Below are positions 13,010-23,311 of a DNA stretch of 64,000 nt, in pieces. Location of the stretch: positions 47,616,001 to 47,680,000 of the forward strand of contig NC_083277.1 in assembly GCF_963506605.1 (NCBI RefSeq), given 5' to 3'. A model generated the notes under the pieces. That model saw nothing but the letters and a program-made list of their open reading frames with translations, had not been told where the DNA came from and made no database searches. The translations under genes were made by a program, and so were the position numbers. The DNA comes from Zootoca vivipara (lineage: Eukaryota). Position 1 is the first letter of the stretch. Each line of letters opens with the position of its first letter.

Positions 13010-13632
13010 AATAATAATAATAATAATTTATTATTTGTACCCCGCCCACCTGTCAGGATTTCCCCAACCACTCTGGGCGGCTTCCAACAAAGATTAAAAA
13101 TACATTAAAATGTCACACATTAAAAACTTCCCTAAACAGGGCTGCCTTCAGATGTCTTCTAAATGTCAGGTAGTTGTTTATCTCTTTGACATCTGATGGG
13201 AGGGCGTTCCACAGGGCGGGTGCCACTACCAAGAAGACCCTCTGCCTGGTTCCCTGTAGCTTTGCTTCTCGCAGTGAGGGAACTGCCAGAAGGCCCTCGG
13301 CGCTGGAGCTCAGTGCATAGCCCCGGGCAGCGTGCGATCCCAAGGTGGCCATGGTGGCTACCCCTCCGCCCGCGCTGGGCGCCCCGCCCCCCAAGCGCAC
13401 GCCCCCTGCGGGCACCCTGCCCCGCCTCCAAAACGCACGCCAGCCCCACCCCCGCCTGCTCTCCTCCCCCGGTAACAGAGCATGAAGCTACGCCAGTGCC
13501 TCAGTGTCCGGGCAGAATGATGGGGGTGGAGACGCTCCTTCAGGTATACTGGGCAGAGGCTGTTTATGGCTTTAAAGATCAGCACCAACACTTTGAATTG
13601 TGCTCGGAAACGTACTGGGAGCCAATGAGGCA
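13010..13632 (-). mobile_element. L2 LINE 3' fragment with (AAT)n tail, interrupted by a MITE
   Basis: HWLPVRFRAQFKVLVL and APALWNALP..FRRHLK L2 motifs. Confidence 0.92.
13311..13498. mobile_element. GC-rich hAT MITE nested in L2
   Basis: Right end gctacgccagtg; flanking gctcagtg / cctcagtg duplication; left end partly eroded. Confidence 0.7.
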
Positions 13633-14748
13633 AGATTAGAGACCCCAACCTGTTTTGCTGCTAAATCTATAGACTACTCTGCATACTATCTAGCTTCTTA
13701 CTCCATCCAAAATGGAAAGCAGCTCATTCACTCAGGAGCATGGTACGGACTGTACCACTTCAAAAGGGGGGACACGACTGTAACTAGTTTAAATTACTTT
13801 CTTCACCCAACCCACATTTTGAAGGCTTTCCCTGAGGTGATGAGCTACTCCTTTGCCAGACATCAGAGATGAGAGAGATAGGTTGGGTGTAGAATGCATT
13901 TCCTTGCAGGCACAGCTCAGTCCTTTATTGTTAATTGCTATTAGGAAAGAAAGGTACGGTACATTTCAAACCTCTCCAGTGCTGCAGTGTTAAAAGGAAA
14001 TGGTGGACACATTTTATTTTCCCCACAGACAGATTTGAATCTGCTGCAAGCCAAGAGATCTTCAGTCCTCTTTCTGCAGTGCCTGCCTAGTTTGAGAAAT
14101 ACAAAGATTCAGGATGCCAGAAAGAAAGAGAGAGGTTCATATGAAATGGGACCAAATGTAAATTGTAGCTTAAGTGCTGCTGCTGCTGCACCAGTACTGA
14201 GTCAGCAGTGCCCGCTTGGCCCTGTTACAGGCAGGCCAAAAGAGCAGCAGAGTATGCAAACTAGCTTGGCTTGTTTTACTTTGTATGCAGATACTGAGTT
14301 ACATAAGAGAGAGAGAGGGAGAGAGACCTGCCATCAAGAACCTAGATTCCTTCTTAAAATAGCCAAAAATATTGAGGTAACGTCAATGAATCATTTATAT
14401 TTGTTCTGGAAAGGGGCCATCAAATCACCTCATGCAGCTTTCTCCACTGACTCAGTTAATTCCCTGTCTTTTAAAATACCTGACTGTGCCCTTAAAGAAA
14501 ACTGACATCCACTTAACCTCCCTGGAATGCCATGTCAGATAAATTGAGACTGCGCTGAACAATGGATAATGGAATGAGAAACCTGGCAAACGATTGAAAT
14601 TTAAATGAGGGATTTCCCAAGTGCCCTTTAGGTAAAAAAAGAAAAACGCTGCTGCTAGGGACTTTCCTGATGACCGAAAAGGCCAGCTTTTTTGTGTTAC
14701 GGTTGTGCTTGGGCTGACAATGCCTGCAGAGAAGCGGGTGGGTAATGT

Positions 14749-14890
14749 TAAGAATGTAGGAAGCTGCCCAGCACACCGAGGCCAAACATTGGTCCATCTA
14801 GCTCAGTATTGTCCGTGTTGATCGGCAGTGACTGCAGGGTTTCAGCCAGGGGCCTTTCTCTCTTCGCCCTACCTGGAGAGGCCAAGGGCT
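14749..14890 (-). mobile_element. Old SINE remnant with CR1-like 3' tail
   Basis: taagaatgtaggaagctgcc...ggtccatctagctcag motif typical of squamate CR1-tailed SINEs; diverged. Confidence 0.5.
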
Positions 14891-16308
14891 GCAACGGAGT
14901 AGGGCTCTATTCACTGCTTACAATAATAATCAAAGGAAATGCGTGCTGTATTGCGGTGCCAGAGAAGGGAAGCCCGCACTCTTCAGAGAATAACCACTTC
15001 TGCAACCATAATCAGCACTGTACTTCCCTTCGCAGTGAATGTGAAGGGAAATGTGTGTTTTCTCAGAGTCAAAATACTACAGGGTCAAATACCGAGGAAA
15101 ATAATTTACCTCATAGCAAATATAATGCTTTAGTGCCTTGAGGAATGATAGTTTGAGTCACCCACAGCAAATATAACAAGTTCACATTTATTGCCTTATA
15201 ATTAGTGTAATTAATCCTGATTGAAGATGTCACATGAGTATATTTTATGAAGGCAGGAGTGGGTTGATAATGCAGGGATCATACTGCTTATCAGTTGCTT
15301 GCTATCATGGCCTTGGCAAAATTAGGCCCTGAGCTGATTTTCTTTTTTATTATTATTATTCTCCATGAACAAAATCAGCATTACTATTTATGTATTTATT
15401 TCCCCCACCCCTTCACCATAACGTTCTAGGGTGTTGCTATGTTGCTATCATTATCTGAGAGCCACATGCTTCTAAGCTTTATATAATGAGAGAATGAAAC
15501 CTAAAATCTTTGGAGTTGAGCAAAAGCATTCACAATCTGGGTGCTCTTTTTAGCCTTCAAACAACACACTGCATTAGCTCCTTGTCTAGCCCACATATGA
15601 ATGTATGGTATAATCAGGATCTCATGGGCAAGCTAAGCAGTGACGAGGAAGCAAAACAATTAGCCAGGCAATCTACAGAACAGCTTTAAAAAAGTTGTTT
15701 TCACTGACGGACTCATTCAGCTAACAATTCAAAGTTCAATGCAAACTTTTCATGTGCTTATTTTGAAATTATTGATCACTGCTGGGGGGACCTTATGTAC
15801 CAAATGAATGGCAATATAGTGCAAAAAAAAAATCAACACCTTGGACAGGAATTGAATTGGAATTGGAATTGGAAGGATGTGGATCCCAGATATTACACTT
15901 CCAAACAGAAGAAGAGGTATCATGTAGCACACTGGGGGGAGGAATAGCAAAAGTTGAAAAGTGATGTGTTGATGGATGCAACTGAGGGAACCAGGAAGTA
16001 GTGGGGAACATAAATTATGTAAGTTTGGTGTCATTGCTCAAGGTCTTCTATCAGCTTGGTGCTAACAACTCAGAATTGTAGTTTCCCTATCTAAACTAAT
16101 TTAAAATGTACAATTTATCTGGAGTCAGCAAATCCAAAAAAACACCCATCTTTAACTAAACCATAGATGCACATCAGATAAACTAAGCTGCCTTTTTTCT
16201 TGCAGAGGGGGAAAGTATTGGTAAACATTTGACATTTATTGGAGCTTTTAGCACCTTTTTGGATTGATACATTTCCCAGAAATCTGGGGAAGTCGTGACT
16301 GTTTAAGT

Positions 16309-16931
16309 CAGGGGTCAGCAACCTTTCAGCCATGGGCCGGTCCACTGTCTCTCAGACCATGTGGTGGGCCAGACTATATTTGGGGGGGATGAACAGGGCC
16401 GTCTTAAGCCCATCCAGCGCCCTGGCGCTAAGGTCCCTCCAGCGCCCCCCTCCAGAGCCTCTCCAAGGGCGCGGGAGTGCCAAGCTTCGCCACCAGCGCG
16501 CGCACCGCAGGACCAGCAAGAGCTGCTTGGGCGCTGTGCGCGCGCTAGTGGCGAAGTTCGACTGAGCGGAACCCAGCGCTGGGGAAACGAGAAGGAGGCG
16601 CAGCACAGAGTCCTTGGAGAAGGAGAGAGACGTGGCGCAGCCTCTCAGCTCGTGGAGCACAGTCCTGGTCAGATCGCCGGAACCCTGCGCTCACTTCCAG
16701 CGCCCTCCAGCGCCCAGCACCGTGGTTCTCCGCGCCACTAGCCTCTATGGCTAGGACAGGCCTGGGGATGAACAAATTCCTTTGCCCCACAAATAACCCA
16801 GAGATGCATTTTAAATAAAAGCACACATTCTACTCATGTAAAAACATGCTGATTCCTGAACCGTCCGCAGGCTGGATTGAGAAGGCAATTGGGTTGCATC
16901 CGGCCCACGGGCCTTAGGTTGCCTACCCCTG
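16309..16931 (+). mobile_element. OC1-like hAT MITE containing a nested GC-rich MITE
   Basis: TIRs caggggtcagcaacct / aggttgcctacccctg; perfect TSD gtttaagt. Confidence 0.92.
16394..16764 (+). mobile_element. GC-rich hAT MITE (cagggccgtcttaag family), 371 bp
   Basis: Ends cagggccgtcttaag / ctaggacaggcctg; perfect TSD gggatgaa. Confidence 0.9.
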
Positions 16932-18106
16932 GTTTAAGTGGTATAAAATGTATGGTATGGATGTGGCCCTAAAGAGTAGTCCTAGGAAATTATCAGGGCA
17001 GACTCCCCCTGCCATTGGGCTATCCATGCTGCCTTCCCCCTTTCTTAATCATCTAAAATTAAATAGGGCAACAACAGTTAGTCAATTAATCCAACTGATT
17101 CATCAGTTAAATACCTTTGTGTTGTTAAAATGCTGCCGCCGAACCGATTCAATGCTTTGCACCAACATGGAGGTAAAAAATCATGAGGGTCCGCCTCCTT
17201 ATTAGATCTGGTTGAGAGATGCATAACTTGTGGATCTCTAGTGACAGATTTTCCTACTCTACTTGTATTTCTGATATCCAGAGTGTAAAGAATTCTGACA
17301 GGAAGTAAGCACAGCTGGGCTACACTTGATGCAGTGTTACTATTAGCATTGCACATACATCCTATTGTGCAACAGGACATATATTTCTCCCTCCCCCACA
17401 TTTCTTCTTGGTGCTGTTGCATGTGCACTTCATCTCAAGTTGACAGCGAGAGCCTAGAGCTTGTTGACAAAAGCACCCCTAGACAGCTCCCTGCCCCCTT
17501 GGCCTTCTCATTGCTAGTGCTTGTTCATCATAATTCTTGCTAAGGCTCAGGTCCCACACCCCAGCCTCTCCCAAATGTCAACACTGGCATGTTGAGATAG
17601 CCCCCCACCCCGAATATTCCTAGGGGTGCTATTGTGCATGTGTCTCAACTCATGTTAAGACAAGAGAGTCCTCTTGTCTCTTCCTGGCAGTGACATGCAT
17701 GCATCTCAACTCACGCCATGGCAGAGAAATCCAGTACCACCTCTGGCTTGCCACATTTGCTCTCTGCCCTGTGCCCAGCTGGCATACATTCTCAACCCAG
17801 ACCCGGACAGGGGGACCTCCACTCTCTTCCTAATATTGCCTTGCTGAGCTGGAGAGTTCTGGCTAGGCAGGAGTCCCAACTGCTGCCACAAGAAAGGTCA
17901 TACGACAAGGACTCTGAGGTGTGCGTGTGACTCTGACTGAGTAGGTCTGTTTTCCTTTACGTATATTAAATACACATAAAGAGGGGGCGGTGGAAATCTC
18001 TTCCTGGTTTTAAAACACATGTATTGCTGTTTCTCTTAATACTTATACAACTTTAATAATTGTACAGATTAATCGGCTGAAAATAAAGAAAGCATGCTCC
18101 CATTAG

Positions 18107-18268
18107 AATTATTGGTTTTATGAATATATTGCATTAAATTATTGGTTTTATGCATATATTGCATTAAATTATTGGTTTTATGCATATATTGCATATAATG
18201 CCAGTTTAATACTTACTCTGTAAGTCACGTACAGTTCCTTTAATACTTACTCTGTAAGTCACGTACTG
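18107..18268. repeat. Two adjacent short tandem duplications (30-bp unit x3; 28-bp core x2)
   Basis: aattattggttttatg(a/c)atatattgcat x3; tttaatacttactctgtaagtcacgtac x2. Confidence 0.9.
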
Positions 18269-18951
18269 TCTTCTTTAATAGCCCTACTATTGATAGGCAC
18301 ACAGCAATGCTGAAGTGCTTTAGTTCTAGCTCAGGAAGACAGTTACACCATTCTCATGGTGTAATCTAAACTTGGACTTAGAAGGTGAAACATCCACTTA
18401 TCCCTTAGTACCATGATCTGTAAATCAGATTAGATTCAATTTCTCCTGCTAACTCATTTTCAATAAACCCAGAAAGAACAAAGTAGGCAGACTTGTTTCA
18501 TTTTCACTTGAAGCAGGGCTCCCCAGATGTTGTGGGACTCCATCAGCCCCAGCCAGCAATGCTAATGGCCAATGATAGTGGGATTTAGATTCTAACATGT
18601 GGAGGATCACAGCCCCCCCCCACCTGATTTAGAGCATCTCAACACATTGAAAGTTGCATGGCATCCATGCAGATAAAATATCCATGGGTTATCTGTCCAT
18701 ATTGGTGACACAAAGATTCACAAGCCATGCACAAGGGATACTGTCCACATTGAGGGAAGGAGCATATCATCCCTGCACTATATTCCTACTCTTTGCCTAG
18801 TCACTACATCTTCTTTTATTGTGCCCTTAACAAAATTGTGATATTGTCCTTACAGCTCAGTCCTAGAACATGGCCACTGAGAAATAAGTTCCACTGAGTT
18901 CGCAGGGCTGCCACTTACATTTTGTTTTGTGCCTGGATGTACTCCAACCCC

Positions 18952-19290
18952 CAGGGGCAGAGGAAGCCGCTCCAGCACCCAGAGCGGCACCCGGGGACGG
19001 GGCGTTGCCACGCAGCATGCATGTGCGACATCACCACACACAACACATGTGGTGCTGTGCACTGTGCAGCGGTGGCGCCGGCAAACCGCTCCAGCGCAGT
19101 GTGGGGACGGCGCCAGGACCCTCCAGTCACGGTGGCAGCCACAAGCACAGGACCTCGGCACCATCCCTGCATGGCGCTGGAGCGGCGCCGCTTGGCTTGG
19201 GAGTTGCGGGGGGGCGCATGCTGAGTGTCACCCCTCCAGGGTGACACCCAGGGTGGACCACCCCCATCACACACCCTGGCTACGTCACTG
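18952..19290. mobile_element. GC-rich hAT MITE
   Basis: Ends caggggcag / gctacgtcactg; TSD ccaacccc / ccaaccct; gtgtcacccc-type subterminal motifs. Confidence 0.8.
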
Positions 19291-19988
19291 CCAACCCTAC
19301 TCGTCCCTTGTTTGAAATGAGCAAACTACCTCATGCTAGCTTTGTGCAATGAGGCAGAAGGATGAAGACAATTTGCACTGTGCCAAGAAGGTGGAGGATA
19401 ACAAGGAAAGTGCTTTGATTAAGGAGAGTGTCAGGAAAAGATCATGAAAGAGATGAATGTCAATAGATTGGAATGCTGCATGGCACATAGCTGTAGACCC
19501 CTGGTATTATTGTAGTAAATAGCTCTTTGCATATACAGTACAGTATCATCCTCTTGCTGATCACCAAACCAGTTGGAATTGTTTAGCAGATGCTGTTAAT
19601 TTTCTTTCAGTTGTGTAATTTCATATAAGGAAGTACAAAGTGTACCTATGGCATTTAAACAAAAACCTGTCAGCAAGTGACAAAGCTGCAGTAAATATTC
19701 CGCCAGATTATCAACGGTGCTTGTGATGATAGATTTCCTGAGGAGAAACCATCTGATCTTAGGCAAAAAGTGCTATTTTGGTATTCCTCAAAAGGCTCAG
19801 AATAACACAACTAATGTTGTGCCAGCAATAATTCTAATTTTACATAAATTGCTCATGGACCTGAGTTTTCCCACATCAACCCTATGTGAGCAACTGCGTG
19901 GCTCCAGGCTTGCAAGGCCCTTTATGACATCAGAGTAGCTGAGCCAATGGGAAACAGCTAGTAAATCCACTTTCAGGAGTAACACAGG

Positions 19989-20118
19989 AGTATCTGAAGA
20001 AGTGTGCATGCACACGAAAGCTCATACCAAAATATAAACTTAGTTGGTCTTTAAGGTGCTACTGAAGGAATTTTTTTATTTTGCTTCGACTCAGACCAAC
20101 ACGGCTACCTACCTGTAA
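19989..20118 (+). mobile_element. Penelope-like element pLTR fragment
   Basis: Reverse complement of 58525-58657; contains a hammerhead motif. Confidence 0.8.
19990..20027 (+). ncRNA. Minimal type I hammerhead ribozyme motif (Penelope-associated)
   Basis: gtat-CTGAAGA-a-gtgtgcatgcacac-GAA-AGCT-C-atac: stem I gtat/atac, palindromic stem II, palindromic AGCT stem III; predicted cleavage after C20023. Confidence 0.75.
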
Positions 20119-20869
20119 ACAGACCCATATTTTAGTGATGATACATAGGTGTCTAGAAGTATCTTTCATCAACTTCATCTGGCAAGAAGGTTGTGGCCTC
20201 TTTTGACATTTCAGACCTGGCAAAATGATTCATGCTTTTATAACCTCAAAACAGACAAGTGTAATGGACAGAAGTTGCTCAGAAGCTTTACTGAGGACAG
20301 AATGGAGCAACCTGCCTCCTGATGAGGATGGGCTACCAAGAACACGCCATACTAGCAATGCTCCAGCATTTGCACTGGTTTTCTGAGCATGACTCATGGT
20401 CTTTGTTTTGACCTATCGAATGTTAAACAACTTAGGCCGTACAGTACTTATGTACTTCAGGAACAATAATGTCTACTAAATTCTTGGTAATTGCACTCAG
20501 ACTGTGCAACTCCTTTCCCCTGGAGGCAATGATGACCCCATCCTTGACGGCCTTCCTTCACCAAATTAAGACATTCTTCTTCTCCCAGGTCACTGGAGGT
20601 GCTGGTTAAATTAGCTCTGTTCTTAGTGTTGTTGTCAGCTGCTGTTTTATTTAAGCTGTTTTTAAAAGTGTGCTTACCGGTAATTCTTAAAAAGCACATT
20701 TTTAAAAAAATGTATTGTAGTATTGGTATTGTTTAATTGGGCTGGAAAATTATTTGGGACCACTATTGGCATAAAAAGTGATATAGAAGCAATAATATAG
20801 AAATAAATTCTGTCAAAACATTTAATAAGTACCTTTTTGACTCATCTGTTGGGTTTGATTAGCGAGGGA

Positions 20870-21100
20870 ACCTGTTATTATAAAATCTCTTCCCTCTTCG
20901 GGGGGAGGAGATGTTGTGGGCCCACGAGTCCTTCTCGTGCGGGGGGAATGGCTAGCATTCCCCCCAGCCCATTGGTTCCTTCACTGCCGCGACGCTCCCT
21001 TGGCTCACCCAATCAGGACGTTCCCCGGCGGATTAGCTTTGTATTTAAGGGAGCGCGCGGCAGGAAGACGTCCTCTTGGTTCCGGACCCGACCTAGAGTG
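20870..21100 (+). mobile_element. Probable tyrosine-recombinase retrotransposon (DIRS/Ngaro-like) terminal repeat remnant
   Basis: CpG-rich island with three tandem hairpins, then CCAAT boxes and TATA-like tatttaag; no TG..CA ends or TSD. Family is inferred from architecture only. Confidence 0.45.
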
Positions 21101-21109
21101 AGACAGAGA

Positions 21110-21230
21110 TGGGTTTATTTATTTTTATTTATTTACAGTATTGGATTTATATACCGCCCTTTACCCGCAGGTCTCAGGGCAGTTCACAGAATCAAATAAA
21201 ACCAAAATCAAAGTAAAATAAAATAAAATG
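21110..21230 (-). mobile_element. L2-like 3' end
   Basis: (TTTA)n plus tttatataccgcc...ctcagggcagttcaca motif shared with the other L2 tails. Confidence 0.6.
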
Positions 21231-21269
21231 CAAGCAACCACGCCATATGTTTCAAGTACATTCCACACA

Positions 21270-21375
21270 CATGACTTCCCCCAAAGAGTCTTGGGAACTA
21301 TAGTTTGCTAAGGGTGCTAGGAATTGTAGATCTGGGGATAAACTACAGTTCCCAGGATTCTTTGGGGGAAGTCAT
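21270..21375. mobile_element. Palindromic MITE core (related copy at ~12320-12423)
   Basis: catgacttcccccaaaga...tctttgggggaagtcatg inverted repeat. Confidence 0.7.
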
Positions 21376-22159
21376 GGAGTGATTTAGATGTCCGATGTAG
21401 ATCTGCCCTACATGGATAGGTTTAATTAGGCTTTGTTTCTGATGGGGACCAACAGCAGATCTAATCATGACATGCAAAAACGCTTGAGGCCCCGACACGC
21501 TTTTGTTGTTCAGGTATGTGTGTATTCTGTAACATGTCATTGAAGCAATAATGATGCCTTAGTTGTGAATTTATACCGCTGTCCACACATTCTGCTTTAT
21601 TTTTCTGCAACGCTTACAGTAACTGCATTAAGTATTTCTTTCTGGAGGGGCACTCTAGCCCTTTCGGCCAACAAAAGCAGGATCAAAAATAAACTGAAAC
21701 ATTTGTGGTATAAAAAGTTACAGAATTGTAGCAGAAAGTTATGACGGAAACAAAGCAGTGTGCGTGCCCCAAAACTTTTGCAGGCACAGCTAAAAGCAGG
21801 ATTGCATATAATTGTCCCAATACCAGGAATGTGAGGGAAGCGGCTTCTGTGCTTGTTCTTTTGGCACCCCTAGGGTTGGGAAAAAGCAGATGCCCTGAGT
21901 CTCCCTACTCTTTGACACTCATCTGCAACTCTGCCTTACTTGCTGCTTATAGTCTGCCAAAGGATGTCCACATTTGGAATCAGATGACCATACTAAGCAG
22001 TTAGCTAGTGCATTGTCAGTGCTGAAAGCTCTTTGCCCTGGGTAGGCAAACTAAGGCCCGGGGACCGGATCCGGTGCAATCGCCTTCTAAATCTGGCCCA
22101 CGGATGGTCTGGGAATCAGTGTGTTTTTACATGAGTAGAATGTGTCCTTTTATTTAAAA

Positions 22160-23235
22160 CTAGCTGACCCAGCCACGCGTTGCTGTGGGTTTTTTATTTT
22201 TTGGGGGAGTATTGATGTCATTTGTGTTTTGAATGGTAATGGTTGCATAACTTGTTTTTGGTTAGTGTTTTGATGTAATATGCTTTTCCTGATGTATGAA
22301 CTTTGTCCTTGGATTTGTTGTTTTTATTATTTTTGTTTTCTTATGATTGTTTGCTGGGCCTGACTCAGGGTCCTTGTTTCCCAGGAAAGGGGGAGCATGT
22401 GTCAATTCCCCCTGGACTATGTGTCCCCCCCCCCGTTGTTGTGTCTCATCCCTGTGTTTACTCCCATCCTGTAGCGACCCATGAGGCATCCCGTTCCCCC
22501 TCCCCCACCCTATGGCTCCCCCCACCCTACATCAGCCCATGACCTATTCGGGCCCCTCCTACCCCCACCCTCCCACCCAGGGCTCCACTCGGGATAGTAT
22601 TTAAAGTAGAGTAGAGGCCTAGTTTGTAGGCTGTAGAGTTGAGGTCTAGTCTGTAAAGTGGAGCCGAGGCCTAGTCTGTAGGCTGTAAAGTAGAGCTGAG
22701 GCCTAGTCTGTGAAGTAGAGTCGAGGCCTAGTCTGTAGGCTGTAAAGTAGAGGTGAGGCCAGTCTGTAGGCTTTAAAGTAGAGCCGAGGTCTAGTCTGTC
22801 GGCCTTGGCTTGGGCTAGTATTTAAATGCAAGCCAAGGCCTCCGCCCTGTATCACCATTCCTTGGCCCCGGCCTGACTCTGTGTGTTGTCTGGTAATGGC
22901 TGCCTTGGTGGTTTCAGTTGCTCAGTTGATGACGTCGTTATTTGGTGCCACCCTTCAGAGCTTTTGCTGGGGACAGTTCGCGATCTGCCTTTCTATTGGA
23001 TGCTGCTGGAGTCTTCAGAGCTTCTGCTGGTGATGTCTAATTTGGGTGCCACTTTTTTGTGTTTAATCATTATTTTAGGTATGAAAGGTGTGCTTTTTTG
23101 GGGGGAAATTATGCAATATCCCTCACTGATGGGCAAAGTCCTAATTTGCTTTGTCCTAATTTGCTTTGTCCTAATTTGATGCAGTTTGGTTCAGCGGTTA
23201 CGGTGAAAGGTTGTCTCATCTCACGCAGTGGGAAC

Positions 23236-23310
<75 letters not shown>
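22160..23310 (-). mobile_element. Non-autonomous Helitron (1151 bp)
   Basis: Inserted at A|T (aaaa|tgcatc) with no TSD; - strand 3' end ccacagcaacgcgtgg hairpin then ctgggtcagCTAG; 5' end (TC)n(TA)n; internal minisatellite. Confidence 0.88.
22603..22803. repeat. Minisatellite within the Helitron (~7 units of 25-32 bp)
   Basis: Repeated gtagagNNgaggcctagtctgt(aggctgt)aaa. Confidence 0.9.

Positions 23311-23311
<1 letters not shown>

Noticed and set aside
13987-14505. 172-aa ORF
   Set aside because: GTG start, runs through simple repeats, no recognisable domain; an internal exon in another frame is at least as plausible.
18850-19315. Five overlapping 100-128 aa ORFs (similar clusters at 13113-13648, 16332-16826, 25492-25861)
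   Set aside because: Explained by stop-poor GC-rich MITE sequence.
22603-22803. CRISPR-like periodic repeat
   Set aside because: No unique spacers, variable unit length, eukaryotic Helitron-internal minisatellite.
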